A stretch of DNA of 59,312 bases, filler included. It is 4 parts of 4 records of this genome, joined end to end, with 100 filler letters (N's around TTAATTAATTAA, not from the genome) between each part and the next. Parts side by side here need not be neighbours in the genome. Positions count along the whole stretch, not along the records: positions 1 to 16,293 come from SRR31156797_2808; 3 more parts are not named here. The stretch is one strand, 5' to 3'. The notes beneath the pieces were generated by a model. The model did no database searches, had not been told where the DNA came from, and saw nothing but the letters and a program-made list of their open reading frames with translations. Both the position numbers and the translations under genes were made by a program. Positions 1 to 8,761 of this stretch are shown here, in pieces; position 1 is the first letter of the stretch; every line of letters begins with the position of its first letter.

Positions 1-118
1 CTAGTATCGTTTTTGGTTGACTGCTCGTTATCGCCAAACCTTATTAACTGTTGCCGTTTTTTGTTTGTGTTTGGGGAATTCGAAGTCTGTTTTTGGGGTG
101 CGGGAAACATAAGCCGCT

Positions 119-733
119 ATGAAATTACCTGATCCGATCGTCTTCGTTGTCGACGACGATCCGGCCGTTCGCGATTCATTGCGTTGGCTGTTGTCGTCGG
201 TCGATCTGGAAGCCGAAACGTTTGCTTCGGCCCAGGAGTTCATCGACGCCTACGAACCCGACCAACTGGGATGCGTGCTGGTCGATGTTCGCATGCCGGG
301 CATGAGCGGGCTCGAACTGCAGGAAGAATTGGCGGCGCGTGGCACCAACCTGCCGGTCATTATCATCACCGGACACAGCGACGTTCAGATGGCGGTTCGG
401 GCGATGAAATCGGGCGCCTTCGATTTCATCGAAAAGCCGTTCAACGACCAAGCCCTCCTCGACCTTGTCCAGAAGGCGCTCGACGAAAACAAAACAACGG
501 TACAGGTGCGAACGGAAAAAAACGGCATCCGTGTGAGGTTCGACCTGCTTTCACCACGGGAACGTCAGGTTCTCGAACAAATCGTCGCCGGCGAACCGAA
601 CAAACGTATCGCCTTCAATTTGGGTCTTAGCGAAAAAACGGTTGAGGCCCACCGCGCCAAGGTAATGGACAAAACCCAGGCCGGTTCGCTTGCCGAACTG
701 ATCAGAATGGCAACGCTATTGGAATCGGATTAG
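119..733 (+). CDS. fixJ: FixJ/StyR/TodT-family response regulator (REC + LuxR-type HTH)
   Basis: REC motifs VVDDD, DVRMPGMSG, ITGH, FIEKP; C-terminal LSPRERQVL...NKRIAFNLGLSEKTVEAHRAKVMDK. The cognate kinase is not in the window, so the symbol is family-level. Confidence 0.85.
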   Translation: MKLPDPIVFVVDDDPAVRDSLRWLLSSVDLEAETFASAQEFIDAYEPDQLGCVLVDVRMPGMSGLELQEELAARGTNLPVIIITGHSDVQMAVRAMKSGAFDFIEKPFNDQALLDLVQKALDENKTTVQVRTEKNGIRVRFDLLSPRERQVLEQIVAGEPNKRIAFNLGLSEKTVEAHRAKVMDKTQAGSLAELIRMATLLESD

Positions 734-767
734 GGAAATCCCTGAGGGCGTTCTGGGTTCTCCCTAA
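731..767. promoter_or_regulatory. Two GGG-N4-CCCT boxes 22 bp apart; candidate operator for the FixJ-family regulator
   Basis: TAGGGAAATCCCTGA (731-745) and CTGGGTTCTCCCTAA (753-767), upstream of the receiver-only gene. Confidence 0.45.
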
Positions 768-861
768 TAGGCTCGTTCCTTCGTCAACGTAGAATGGCTA
801 AGCAAGGATCGATACGAATCCCAAACAATAGCCAGGAACATCGGCCAAATCGTTTTGAACC

Positions 862-1263
862 ATGAATAAGACGGAACCAATCGTATATATCGTCGACGAT
901 GACGATGCCGTTCGGCATTCTCTTGAATGGTTGCTGGGCAGTGGCGAGTTCACCATCCGGACTTTTTCCTCGGCGGATGCTTTTCTCTCGACGGTCGATC
1001 CCGACCTTCCGGGTTGCCTTGTGGTCGATGTCCGCATGCCGGGCATGAGCGGGCTCGAATTGCAACGCGAGCTGTCGGCCCGCAACGTCGGGCTTCCCGT
1101 AATCGTAATTACCGGACACAGCGACCGGCAAATGGCACAGCGCGCCCTGAGTGCGGGCGCGATGGAATTTCTCGAAAAACCGCTGGATGACGAACGCCTG
1201 CTCGACCTTGTTCAAAAAGCGCTGAAACTAAGCATCGAAAAACACCAAAACCAGCCCACATAG
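862..1263 (+). CDS. Single-domain response regulator (receiver only), close paralogue of the upstream FixJ receiver; FixT-like position
   Basis: IVDDDD, DVRMPGMSGLEL, ITGH and FLEKP motifs; ends without an output domain. Confidence 0.85.
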   Translation: MNKTEPIVYIVDDDDAVRHSLEWLLGSGEFTIRTFSSADAFLSTVDPDLPGCLVVDVRMPGMSGLELQRELSARNVGLPVIVITGHSDRQMAQRALSAGAMEFLEKPLDDERLLDLVQKALKLSIEKHQNQPT

Positions 1264-1486
1264 ACGGCGTCGCGGATCCACGGCGGGGGACCGTGGCCAA
1301 TCCGTTAAACCCTTAATTTCTTTTGATTTTTTTATCTCTGCAACGCCCGGACAACCGCCGGACGGCGGTTTGCGCGTTGCGTTTCCGGCAAGAGTGAGGA
1401 TTCCGCGGTGCGGTTCGCATACTGCGCGGGTGACAATCGGGTTGGACGTTCGGCGCCACCGGTACCGGAAGCGTCGGCAGGCACGT

Positions 1487-1837
1487 TCAGCCATCCAGCT
1501 CGACCGCCGCCGCGGCAACCAGTTCGCCCCATTCCCTTAAGAAAACCGATCCCTTGATGGTCCGTTGAACCAGGATATTCCGCCGATCCGCCTCGTCCCG
1601 CTTGCGCCGAATCATCTCAAATTCGGTCAGACGGTCCAGCGCCCGCGTAATCGCCGGCTTGGAAACGGCAAGCTGCGCCGCCAGCCCCCGCACCGTATGC
1701 GGCGGCGGCGTTAAATAGACCGTCAGCAAAACGGCCATTTGCCTGGCGGACAGGTCCGGCGAATCCCGGCGCACACCCTCGAGGACGGACCGGCGCCAAA
1801 GATCCAGGGCTTGCATATCGGAAAGAGGAATAGCCAT
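1487..1837 (-). CDS. MarR-family transcriptional regulator
   Basis: DLSARQMAVLL...TVRGLAAQLAVSKPAITRALDRL...RRKRDEADRR winged-helix pattern; ATG 1837 preferred as start. Confidence 0.85.
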   Translation of the reverse strand: MAIPLSDMQALDLWRRSVLEGVRRDSPDLSARQMAVLLTVYLTPPPHTVRGLAAQLAVSKPAITRALDRLTEFEMIRRKRDEADRRNILVQRTIKGSVFLREWGELVAAAAVELDG

Positions 1838-1900
1838 AACCAACAATCATTTCGGTATCGAAACTTTTTAACCGAAAAGATTAGTCGGCGCAACCTCAAT

Positions 1901-3298
1901 TCACCGGGCGAACTTGGCCTCGATCAAACCATAGGCGGCGCGCAATCCCATTGCCTCGCCGCCTTCCGGGCGGCCGGGTCTGGTTTTGGTATTCCACGCC
2001 ATCAGGTCGATGTGGGCCCAGGGGATATCGGGCTCGACAAATTCCTGCAGGAACAGGGCTGCCGTAATCGCGCCGGCGAACGGCTGGTCGGGCGCATTGT
2101 TCAGGTCGGCCACCTTTCCTTTGACCCAATCGCGATAAGGCGCAAACAGGGGCAGACGCCAAATCGGGTCTTCGGCCAACCCACCCTGACGGAGGAATTC
2201 GGCCGCCAATTCGTCGTCGTTGCTGAACAGGGCCGGAAGATCGGGTCCCAGGGCGACCCGTGCCGCACCCGTCAGCGTCGCAAAATCGATCACCAAACGC
2301 GGCGCACCGCCCATCGCCTCGATCAGGGCGTCGGCAAGGATCAAACGCCCCTCGGCATCGGTATTGGCGACCTCGGCGGTCAGGCCCTTGCGCGTCTGGA
2401 TCACGTCGTTCGGCCGCAAGGCGTTGCCCGAGACGCTGTTTTCGACCGCCGGAACAAGAACCCTGAGGCGGATATCCAGCCCCGCATCCATGATCGCCGA
2501 AGCGAGGCCCAAAACATGCGCCGCCCCACCCATATCCTTCTTCATAAGCTTCATGCCGGGTGCGGTTTTGATGTCGAGACCGCCGGTATCGAAGCAAACG
2601 CCCTTGCCGACCAACGTTACCGCCGGCGCATCGGCCTCGCCCCAGGTGATGTCGATCAGGCGGGGTGCCCTTGGGCTGCCCTGCCCGACCGCGAATACGG
2701 CCGGATAACCGGCATCGAGAAGCGCCTCGCCAATCGTTTGCCCGAAGGCGGCGCCATGGCGGCTTGCCAATGTCTGTGCCGCTTCGGCCAGTTCGGCCGG
2801 TCCCAGGTCGTTGGCCGGCGTGTTGATCAGATCGCGCGTCAGAAAGACGGATTCGACCAACCTTTCGACGCGGCCGCGATCGATTTCGGCGGGCCATTCC
2901 AACCGGGCGCCGTCGGCGGCATCCGATTTCCGGTAGCGGCCGAAACGATAGGCGCCGACGGCCCAGCCGAATACCGCGCGCTCCAGGTCTTCGATCCGGT
3001 CGATAGCCTCGATTGTTTCGGATTCGAAACGATAAGTCCCTTGCGGCAGGCGCTCGGCCAGGCCGGCCCAGGTCCAGTGCCGCTGATCGTCACCAAGGCC
3101 GACGACGACGCGTTCGATCGCACCATCCCGCCCCGGCACCAGGGAATACGTATCGGCCGCGCCGGTAAACCCGGTGGCGCCCAACCACGCGGCAAGGCTT
3201 CCGGATTTGTCATCGAGCCACCCGGAAAGCGTTGCCTCGGTGACCGCCGAAATGGGTATTGCGCGCGCCCCTGCCGGATCGGCCATGTTATTGATCAA
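1901..3298 (-). CDS. Leucyl aminopeptidase family protein (peptidase M17)
   Basis: GKGVCFDTGG, MKKDMGGAA, NTDAEGRL, ATLTGA; TTG 3298 follows GGAG (alternative starts 3286 or 3325). Confidence 0.92.
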   Translation of the reverse strand: MINNMADPAGARAIPISAVTEATLSGWLDDKSGSLAAWLGATGFTGAADTYSLVPGRDGAIERVVVGLGDDQRHWTWAGLAERLPQGTYRFESETIEAIDRIEDLERAVFGWAVGAYRFGRYRKSDAADGARLEWPAEIDRGRVERLVESVFLTRDLINTPANDLGPAELAEAAQTLASRHGAAFGQTIGEALLDAGYPAVFAVGQGSPRAPRLIDITWGEADAPAVTLVGKGVCFDTGGLDIKTAPGMKLMKKDMGGAAHVLGLASAIMDAGLDIRLRVLVPAVENSVSGNALRPNDVIQTRKGLTAEVANTDAEGRLILADALIEAMGGAPRLVIDFATLTGAARVALGPDLPALFSNDDELAAEFLRQGGLAEDPIWRLPLFAPYRDWVKGKVADLNNAPDQPFAGAITAALFLQEFVEPDIPWAHIDLMAWNTKTRPGRPEGGEAMGLRAAYGLIEAKFAR

Positions 3299-3435
3299 TT
3301 CCCTATCTCCTTCGACAATGCGCAAATCAATGCGACGTGCGGAACCTGATTTTATTCCCGGACGGCGAATTTGCCGCTTTATTCGCTCTCGGTCATGCCT
3401 AATATGGCGGCGGCGCCCCGGTGGAGAAAAGACCC

Positions 3436-4089
3436 ATGGCTGACTTTAAGCTTTTTATCGGCAATAAAAACTATTCGTCGTGGAGCCTGCGCGGTTGGCT
3501 CGTCATGAAAAAAACGGCCGCCCCATTCGACGAAACGGTGGTCCCGTTGGCCGAGCCGGAAACCCGGCAGTCGATCCTGGCCCATTCGCCATCCGGATTG
3601 GTCCCCGCCCTGGAATGGTCCGGCGGCACGGTATGGGATTCCCTGGCCATTACCGAGTTTTTGGCCGAACGTTTCCCGGATGCCGGTCTGTGGCCGGCCG
3701 ATCCCGATAAAAGGGCGATGGCGCGCGCGGTTTCCGCCGAAATGCACTCGGGCTATTCCGCCCTTCGCGGCGAACTGCCAATGAACGTTCGGGCCGACTA
3801 TCCGGGAACCGCGTATGGTGATCAGACGGCGGCCGATATCGAGCGCATCGTCGATGTCTGGAAATTCTGCCGGGACCGGTTCGGATCGGGCGGCCCCTAT
3901 CTTTTCGGCGACTACTGCGCCGCCGATGCCTTTTTCGCACCGGTGGTCAGCCGCTTCAGAACCTACGGCGTCAAGTTGGACGATGCGGCTCAGGCCTACG
4001 CCGAGGCGTCCTGGGAATGGCCCGACATGCAGGCCTGGGTCGCGGCGGCCAAAACCGAGCCCTACACCGTGGCCCGTTACGAACGCTGA
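3436..4089 (+). CDS. Glutathione S-transferase family protein
   Basis: IGNKNYSSWSLRGWL, SPSGLVPAL, WDSLAI, AEMHSG; GGAG at 3423-3426. Confidence 0.92.
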   Translation: MADFKLFIGNKNYSSWSLRGWLVMKKTAAPFDETVVPLAEPETRQSILAHSPSGLVPALEWSGGTVWDSLAITEFLAERFPDAGLWPADPDKRAMARAVSAEMHSGYSALRGELPMNVRADYPGTAYGDQTAADIERIVDVWKFCRDRFGSGGPYLFGDYCAADAFFAPVVSRFRTYGVKLDDAAQAYAEASWEWPDMQAWVAAAKTEPYTVARYER

Positions 4090-4129
4090 TCCGATCGAAG
4101 GCAATTTCGTTTCGCCGCGCCGCGGTTGC

Positions 4130-6040
4130 CTAGGTTTCAACCGCGAACAAAAGAACCGGCTCCTCCTTGCCGCGGATTTCGACTTCACCGATGGGTCGAA
4201 AGTCGACGCCCTCGACCAGTGCGGCCGTCGTGCCGGAAACCAGCGTTTGCGTTCCATGTTGCTTGTTCATTTGTTCCAGTCTGGCGGCCAGATTGACGGC
4301 ATCGCCGTGCACCGTATAGCTGAGCCTGCCCGACGCCCCGACGCTTCCGGCCACGACATCGCCCGTATTGATGCCGATTCGGCAGGAAAGGCGGTGACCG
4401 GCGAAAGCCTGTGCCGATACCGCCCGCTGCATCTCGATCGCGGTTTGGACCGCTTTTTGCGCGTGGTCGGGATCGGCCAGGGGAACATTATAGATCGCCA
4501 GAATGGCGTCGCCCTGGAACTGCGTAACGACGCCGCCATGGCTTTCGATGATATCGACCATGGCCGAGAAATAGCTGTTCAGCACCTCGACGATCGCCGG
4601 CGGTTCCAATTGTTCCGACATCGCCGTGAAACCCGCCAGGTCCGAAAACAAAACCGTCGCCGTCGACTGTTGCGGCTGAAGGCCGCCCTCATCCGCAACC
4701 AGGGATGCGGCAATCGTTTCGGGAACGTAACGACCAAACAGCTTGCGGATCATATCGCGTTCCCGCAAGCCTTCGACCATTCGATTGAACGAGGTATTGG
4801 CGTCGTCCAATTCGCGTAATGCCGTCGGCGGCAGCGGTTTCACCTCGGCCAGGTTTCCCGCCTCGATCTGCGCCGCGGCAATTGCCAGACGGCCGATCGG
4901 TCGGGCCGTCATCCGTGACAGGAAAATGGCGCAAACAATTGCAAAGACCAGCACTGCAAACCCCGCCGCGGCCGATCGAAACAATCGGCTGATTTCGGCA
5001 TCGGCGATATCCCGGCTGAAGTGAACGCCGATGATCCAGGGTTGCGTGCCGTAACCGCCGATCTCCCGAAAAAAGAAAATCCGCGGGCCGTTCTCGGTTT
5101 CGACGGCCCTCAACCCGCTTTCTTCCGGCAACGACGTCGCAGACCTGAGATCGGAAAAAAGCCTCGGGTCGAATTGGTTGGGGCTCCAGATTTCCTTCAG
5201 GAAATCATCCGGAACGTCTGCCAAAGCGGGCAGCGGCGAGCCTTCTTGCACATAGGACAGATCCTCGATGCGCCGAAAGCCGCGACCGCTTTCGGGGCGC
5301 TCCGGCGCCGTCAACGCCGGATGGGCCAGAACCCGCGTACCGCCGAACAGGATAAACGGCGTCGCCCCCGCTTTCCGGGCCAGCTTCTCCAACCGTTCCG
5401 ACAGGGTGGAAACCGTCAAACCCTGAACGAATGCGCCGACAACGTTTTGTCCGCGGATCAACGGCGTCAACAGGGTGATGACGATGTTCCGACGCCCGTC
5501 GCCAAGCACGGGATCGTTCCACACCGACCCCGTGCGCAATTTGTTCTGTTCGGCCATCTGCATGACTTCGACAATCGCCGGACCGCCGGTCATGGTTCGA
5601 ATGCGGATATCGCCGTCGCGAATCTGATAAATCCGCGCCTGCCCATCGTAAGATCCGACCGCCATGCCGATGCGGCGCGGATCGCCGGCCAGGAACCCGC
5701 GTGCCAACTGATCCCATTCGTCGATATCGCCGGGGTCGAGCTCTCCGGCACCGACCTGTCGGGCCACCCAGTCGGCACGCCGTTGGATCGGATCGAACTG
5801 AAGCCTGATTTCGTTCTCCAGTTCGTCGACAATCCCGACGATCTGGTTTCCGACCAGGGTTTCGGTGTTTCTGGTCGCGCTGAAAAAACCCAGAAACAGG
5901 GCCAGCCCGACGGCGGCCAGGATCAATCCGCCGAAACCGCCGACCAGAACCACGCCGATGGGGAATCGAAGCGGCCGTTTGGCGCCGGCAGGCGCGCCGG
6001 CAATTCCGTTTCCTTCGGGTCCGTTCGGCTCCTTCATCAC
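4130..6040 (-). CDS. Membrane class III adenylate/guanylate cyclase (TM, periplasmic sensor, TM, HAMP, cyclase)
   Basis: FGRYVP, LFSDLAGFT, GDAI, RIGINTG, YTVHGDAVNLAARLE; two hydrophobic segments; HAMP ARPIGRL...ELDDANTSFNRMV. Start is GTG 6040 or ATG 6037. Confidence 0.92.
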   Translation of the reverse strand: MMKEPNGPEGNGIAGAPAGAKRPLRFPIGVVLVGGFGGLILAAVGLALFLGFFSATRNTETLVGNQIVGIVDELENEIRLQFDPIQRRADWVARQVGAGELDPGDIDEWDQLARGFLAGDPRRIGMAVGSYDGQARIYQIRDGDIRIRTMTGGPAIVEVMQMAEQNKLRTGSVWNDPVLGDGRRNIVITLLTPLIRGQNVVGAFVQGLTVSTLSERLEKLARKAGATPFILFGGTRVLAHPALTAPERPESGRGFRRIEDLSYVQEGSPLPALADVPDDFLKEIWSPNQFDPRLFSDLRSATSLPEESGLRAVETENGPRIFFFREIGGYGTQPWIIGVHFSRDIADAEISRLFRSAAAGFAVLVFAIVCAIFLSRMTARPIGRLAIAAAQIEAGNLAEVKPLPPTALRELDDANTSFNRMVEGLRERDMIRKLFGRYVPETIAASLVADEGGLQPQQSTATVLFSDLAGFTAMSEQLEPPAIVEVLNSYFSAMVDIIESHGGVVTQFQGDAILAIYNVPLADPDHAQKAVQTAIEMQRAVSAQAFAGHRLSCRIGINTGDVVAGSVGASGRLSYTVHGDAVNLAARLEQMNKQHGTQTLVSGTTAALVEGVDFRPIGEVEIRGKEEPVLLFAVET

Positions 6041-6513
6041 GTCTTCGGTCTGCTGTGGACGTGATGCGAATGAGTCGCTCCGTCGGGTCCGTGCGAATGC
6101 CGATCCGAATGAATGTCGGCCGGAACGATATGCAGGTTGCCGTGCCGTACCCCGCGTTGCGACGATACGCCGTTCGCGAACTGGCGGACCGCCTCGGTCG
6201 GGCCGCGCAGGATCATCGCCTCAAGGCAATTGTCGTGATCCAGGTGAACGTGAAGGGTCGACAGGCTGAGATCGTGATGATCGTGCTGGGCCTGGGTCAG
6301 CCGCCGCGCCAGTTCCCGTTCCTCATGATTGAAGACATAGGTCAAACAGCCGATGCAGTGGCTGGCAGACCCGCTTTCAAGGCGTTCGCCCTCGATTTTC
6401 TCGCGGACAACATCGCGGAATGCTTCCGACCGGTTTTCGTAGCCGTTCCGCCGCATGTAGTCGTCGAATTGCTCGAGCAGCCCCTCGTCCAGCGTAATGG
6501 TAATTCTTTCCAT
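6037..6513 (-). CDS. nikR: Nickel-responsive regulator NikR with His-rich C-terminal tail
   Basis: RHH domain MERITITLD...GYENRSEAFRD; Ni ligands in QHDHH and LHVHLDHDNCLE; GVRHGNL. Confidence 0.95.
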   Translation of the reverse strand: MERITITLDEGLLEQFDDYMRRNGYENRSEAFRDVVREKIEGERLESGSASHCIGCLTYVFNHEERELARRLTQAQHDHHDLSLSTLHVHLDHDNCLEAMILRGPTEAVRQFANGVSSQRGVRHGNLHIVPADIHSDRHSHGPDGATHSHHVHSRPKT

Positions 6514-6653
6514 GCCAACCAAGCTCCGCCGCGTCATTGCCATCAGATATTGGGACGGATTGTACCCGCCGCACGCCCGGAACGGAAACTTTTGGCCGCG
6601 CTCTCTTTATTGAATGACCGGTTTCGATACCGGCAACGCTTTTTCCTTGACCG

Positions 6654-6680
6654 GTATGATGATTTTATGATTTGTCATAC
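6654..6680. promoter_or_regulatory. NikR operator GTATGA-N15-TCATAC
   Basis: Perfect inverted half-sites GTATGA (6654-6659) and TCATAC (6675-6680) between divergent nikR and the transporter operon; TTGACC at 6647-6652. Confidence 0.85.
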
Positions 6681-6733
6681 GCCGCCCCGAGAAAATCATT
6701 CAATTAAGCTTTTGACTAGGAACACGTCCAACC

Positions 6734-7510
6734 ATGACCGCCTATCGCATGTTCGCTTTTGTGTTTGCCGCATTGCCGATGCTGACGTCGTCACCGGCAT
6801 CGGCCCATTTCCTGGAACTGATCCCATCCGTCGACACCGTTTCGGAAGGAAGTCCCCGCACCGTTCCCCTGGATTTGGTCTTCACCCACCCCATGAACCG
6901 CGGGCCCGTCATGGATCTGCCCAAGCCCGTGCGAACCGGCGTGCGTTTCGAAGGAAAAACACAAAACCTGACGGATCTTTTGAAACCGGCCCCCCGAAAC
7001 GGCCAGCGCGCCTGGCGGATGGATTTTGAGGTCAAGGCGCCGGGCACCTTCGTCTTTTTTGCCGAGCCGCAACCCTATTGGGAACCGGCGGAAGGCAAAA
7101 TGATCCTTCACTATCCGAAAGTGGTGGTCGACGCGTTCGCATGGAGCGATGGCTGGGACGACTTGATCGGCCTTCCCGTCGAAATCGCGCCCTTGGTCCG
7201 TCCCTACGGCCTTTGGACCGGCAACAGTTTTCGCGGAACCGTCCTTAAGAACGGCGCGCCCGTTCCCCATGCCGAGATCGAGGTCGAATGGGTCAACGAC
7301 GGATCCATCGAACCGCCTTCGGAAGCCTTTGAAACCCAGGTCATAAAAGCCGATACCAACGGCGATTTTGCCTATACCATGCCGCGCGCCGGTTGGTGGG
7401 GGTTCGCGGCACTGGTCGAGGCGGATCAACCCATGAAGTCGCCGGAAGGAAAGGACGTTCCGGTCGAACTGGGTGGGTTGATGTGGGTTCGCACGGTCGA
7501 TATGAAATGA
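6734..7510 (+). CDS. DUF4198-type periplasmic protein (NikK-like accessory of a Ni/Co ECF transporter)
   Basis: Signal peptide ending ASA|HFLELIP; FTHPM, PYWEPAE, PYGLWTGN, GWWGFAAL; first gene of the operon. Confidence 0.8.
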   Translation: MTAYRMFAFVFAALPMLTSSPASAHFLELIPSVDTVSEGSPRTVPLDLVFTHPMNRGPVMDLPKPVRTGVRFEGKTQNLTDLLKPAPRNGQRAWRMDFEVKAPGTFVFFAEPQPYWEPAEGKMILHYPKVVVDAFAWSDGWDDLIGLPVEIAPLVRPYGLWTGNSFRGTVLKNGAPVPHAEIEVEWVNDGSIEPPSEAFETQVIKADTNGDFAYTMPRAGWWGFAALVEADQPMKSPEGKDVPVELGGLMWVRTVDMK

Positions 7511-7554
7511 CGGAACAAGTGCACTGAGCGACGACGATCAAAGGAGACAATAAA

Positions 7555-8178
7555 ATCGCCCATATTCCGGACGGTGTGGTTTCGGCACCGGCATTGATCG
7601 TTGGAGGCCTCGTTACCACAGGCATCGTCGCCTTTGCGGTGCGGCGTTTGGACGCCGACCGCCTGCCGCAAGTTGCGTTGTTTTCATCCGTTTTTTTCGC
7701 GGTTTCCCTGTTTACGGTACCGGTCGGACCGAGCAGCGTGCATCTGACGCTGTCCGGCCTGATGGGCCTTATTCTCGGCTCGGCGGCGGCCCCGGCAATC
7801 CTGGTTGCGTTGATTCTGCAAGCCGTTTTTTTCGGCTTCGGCGGCATCGTCGTTCTCGGTGTCAATACCATGAACCTGGCCGTCCCGGCGCTTGCCTGCG
7901 CGTTGATATTAGGCCCGCTCGTCCGCAAGGTCGAAACCGCCAGGGGCGTGCTGATTCTGGGCGCCGTCGCCGGGGCGTCGGCCGTCATCCTGACCGGGAT
8001 CCTGGTTTGCCTCGTACTGGCCGCAAGCGGCCGTGAATTCCTGCCCGCCGCCAAAATCGTCATGGCCACTTTCCTGCCGCTTTCGATCGTCGAAGGCGCG
8101 GTCACGGCGGCAACCTTGGCATTCCTCAAACGGGTCTCTCCGCGACTGCTGGATACCGGGGGAAAAGCACATGGTTAG
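7555..8178 (+). CDS. nikM: ECF Ni/Co substrate-capture protein NikM/CbiM; apparent ATC start codon
   Basis: (M)AHIPDGVVS N-terminus, SSVHL, FGGIVVLGVN, VEGAVT; AAGGAG at 7541-7546; the ORF-track start at 7576 removes the metal-binding motif. Confidence 0.88.
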   Translation: MAHIPDGVVSAPALIVGGLVTTGIVAFAVRRLDADRLPQVALFSSVFFAVSLFTVPVGPSSVHLTLSGLMGLILGSAAAPAILVALILQAVFFGFGGIVVLGVNTMNLAVPALACALILGPLVRKVETARGVLILGAVAGASAVILTGILVCLVLAASGREFLPAAKIVMATFLPLSIVEGAVTAATLAFLKRVSPRLLDTGGKAHG

Positions 8179-8761
8179 TCGTTTGTTTCCAATCCTGGTC
8201 CTGTTCATGGCCGCTTCGTCATTGGTCCATCCGGCCGCCGCTCACAAACTGTCCTTGTTCGCGGCCGCGACCGGGACGGAGATCACCGGCAAAGCCTATT
8301 TTGCCGGCGGCGGAGCGGCCCGCGGAATCGCGGTTAGAGTCATCGGCGAGGCCGGCCAAACCCTGTCGCAACTGACCACCGACGGGCAAGGCGCCTTCAG
8401 CTACCGTGCCTCAATAAGGATGGATCACGAATTCGTCGCCGATTCCGGGGACGGCCATGTTGCACGGTTTTCGATCATGGCGTCCGAATTGCCCGAATCC
8501 CTGCCGTCAGCGCCGGGCCGGACCGCCAAGGCGATCCCGAGCGAAACTCCATCGGCCCCGCCCGCCCCTTCGCCGCCGGATCAAATGAAAGCATGGATCG
8601 AACAGGCGGTGGCGCGCCAGGTTCGCCCCCTGCGCGAGGAAACGGCGGCGCTCCGGGATCAAATCCGGCTGCGGGATATTCTCGGCGGTATCGGATATAT
8701 CGTCGGAATTGCCGGTATCCTGGCCTGGTTCGATGCCCGGCGCCGGAAACGGCCGTCATGA
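8171..8761 (+). CDS. NikL/CbiL-like accessory membrane-anchored protein
   Basis: Signal peptide ending AAA|HKLSLFA; GKAYF, GDGHVA, C-terminal DILGGIGYIVGIAG TM segment; ATG overlaps the nikM end. Confidence 0.75.
   Translation: MVSRLFPILVLFMAASSLVHPAAAHKLSLFAAATGTEITGKAYFAGGGAARGIAVRVIGEAGQTLSQLTTDGQGAFSYRASIRMDHEFVADSGDGHVARFSIMASELPESLPSAPGRTAKAIPSETPSAPPAPSPPDQMKAWIEQAVARQVRPLREETAALRDQIRLRDILGGIGYIVGIAGILAWFDARRRKRPS

Noticed and set aside
1305-1316. TTAA-N4-TTAA as a CtrA box
   Set aside because: The CtrA consensus needs a 7-nt spacer.
1739-6064. Long plus-strand ORFs (1739-3349, 3815-4819, 5021-6064)
   Set aside because: Antisense shadows of the M17 peptidase and cyclase genes in GC-rich DNA; no recognisable motifs.
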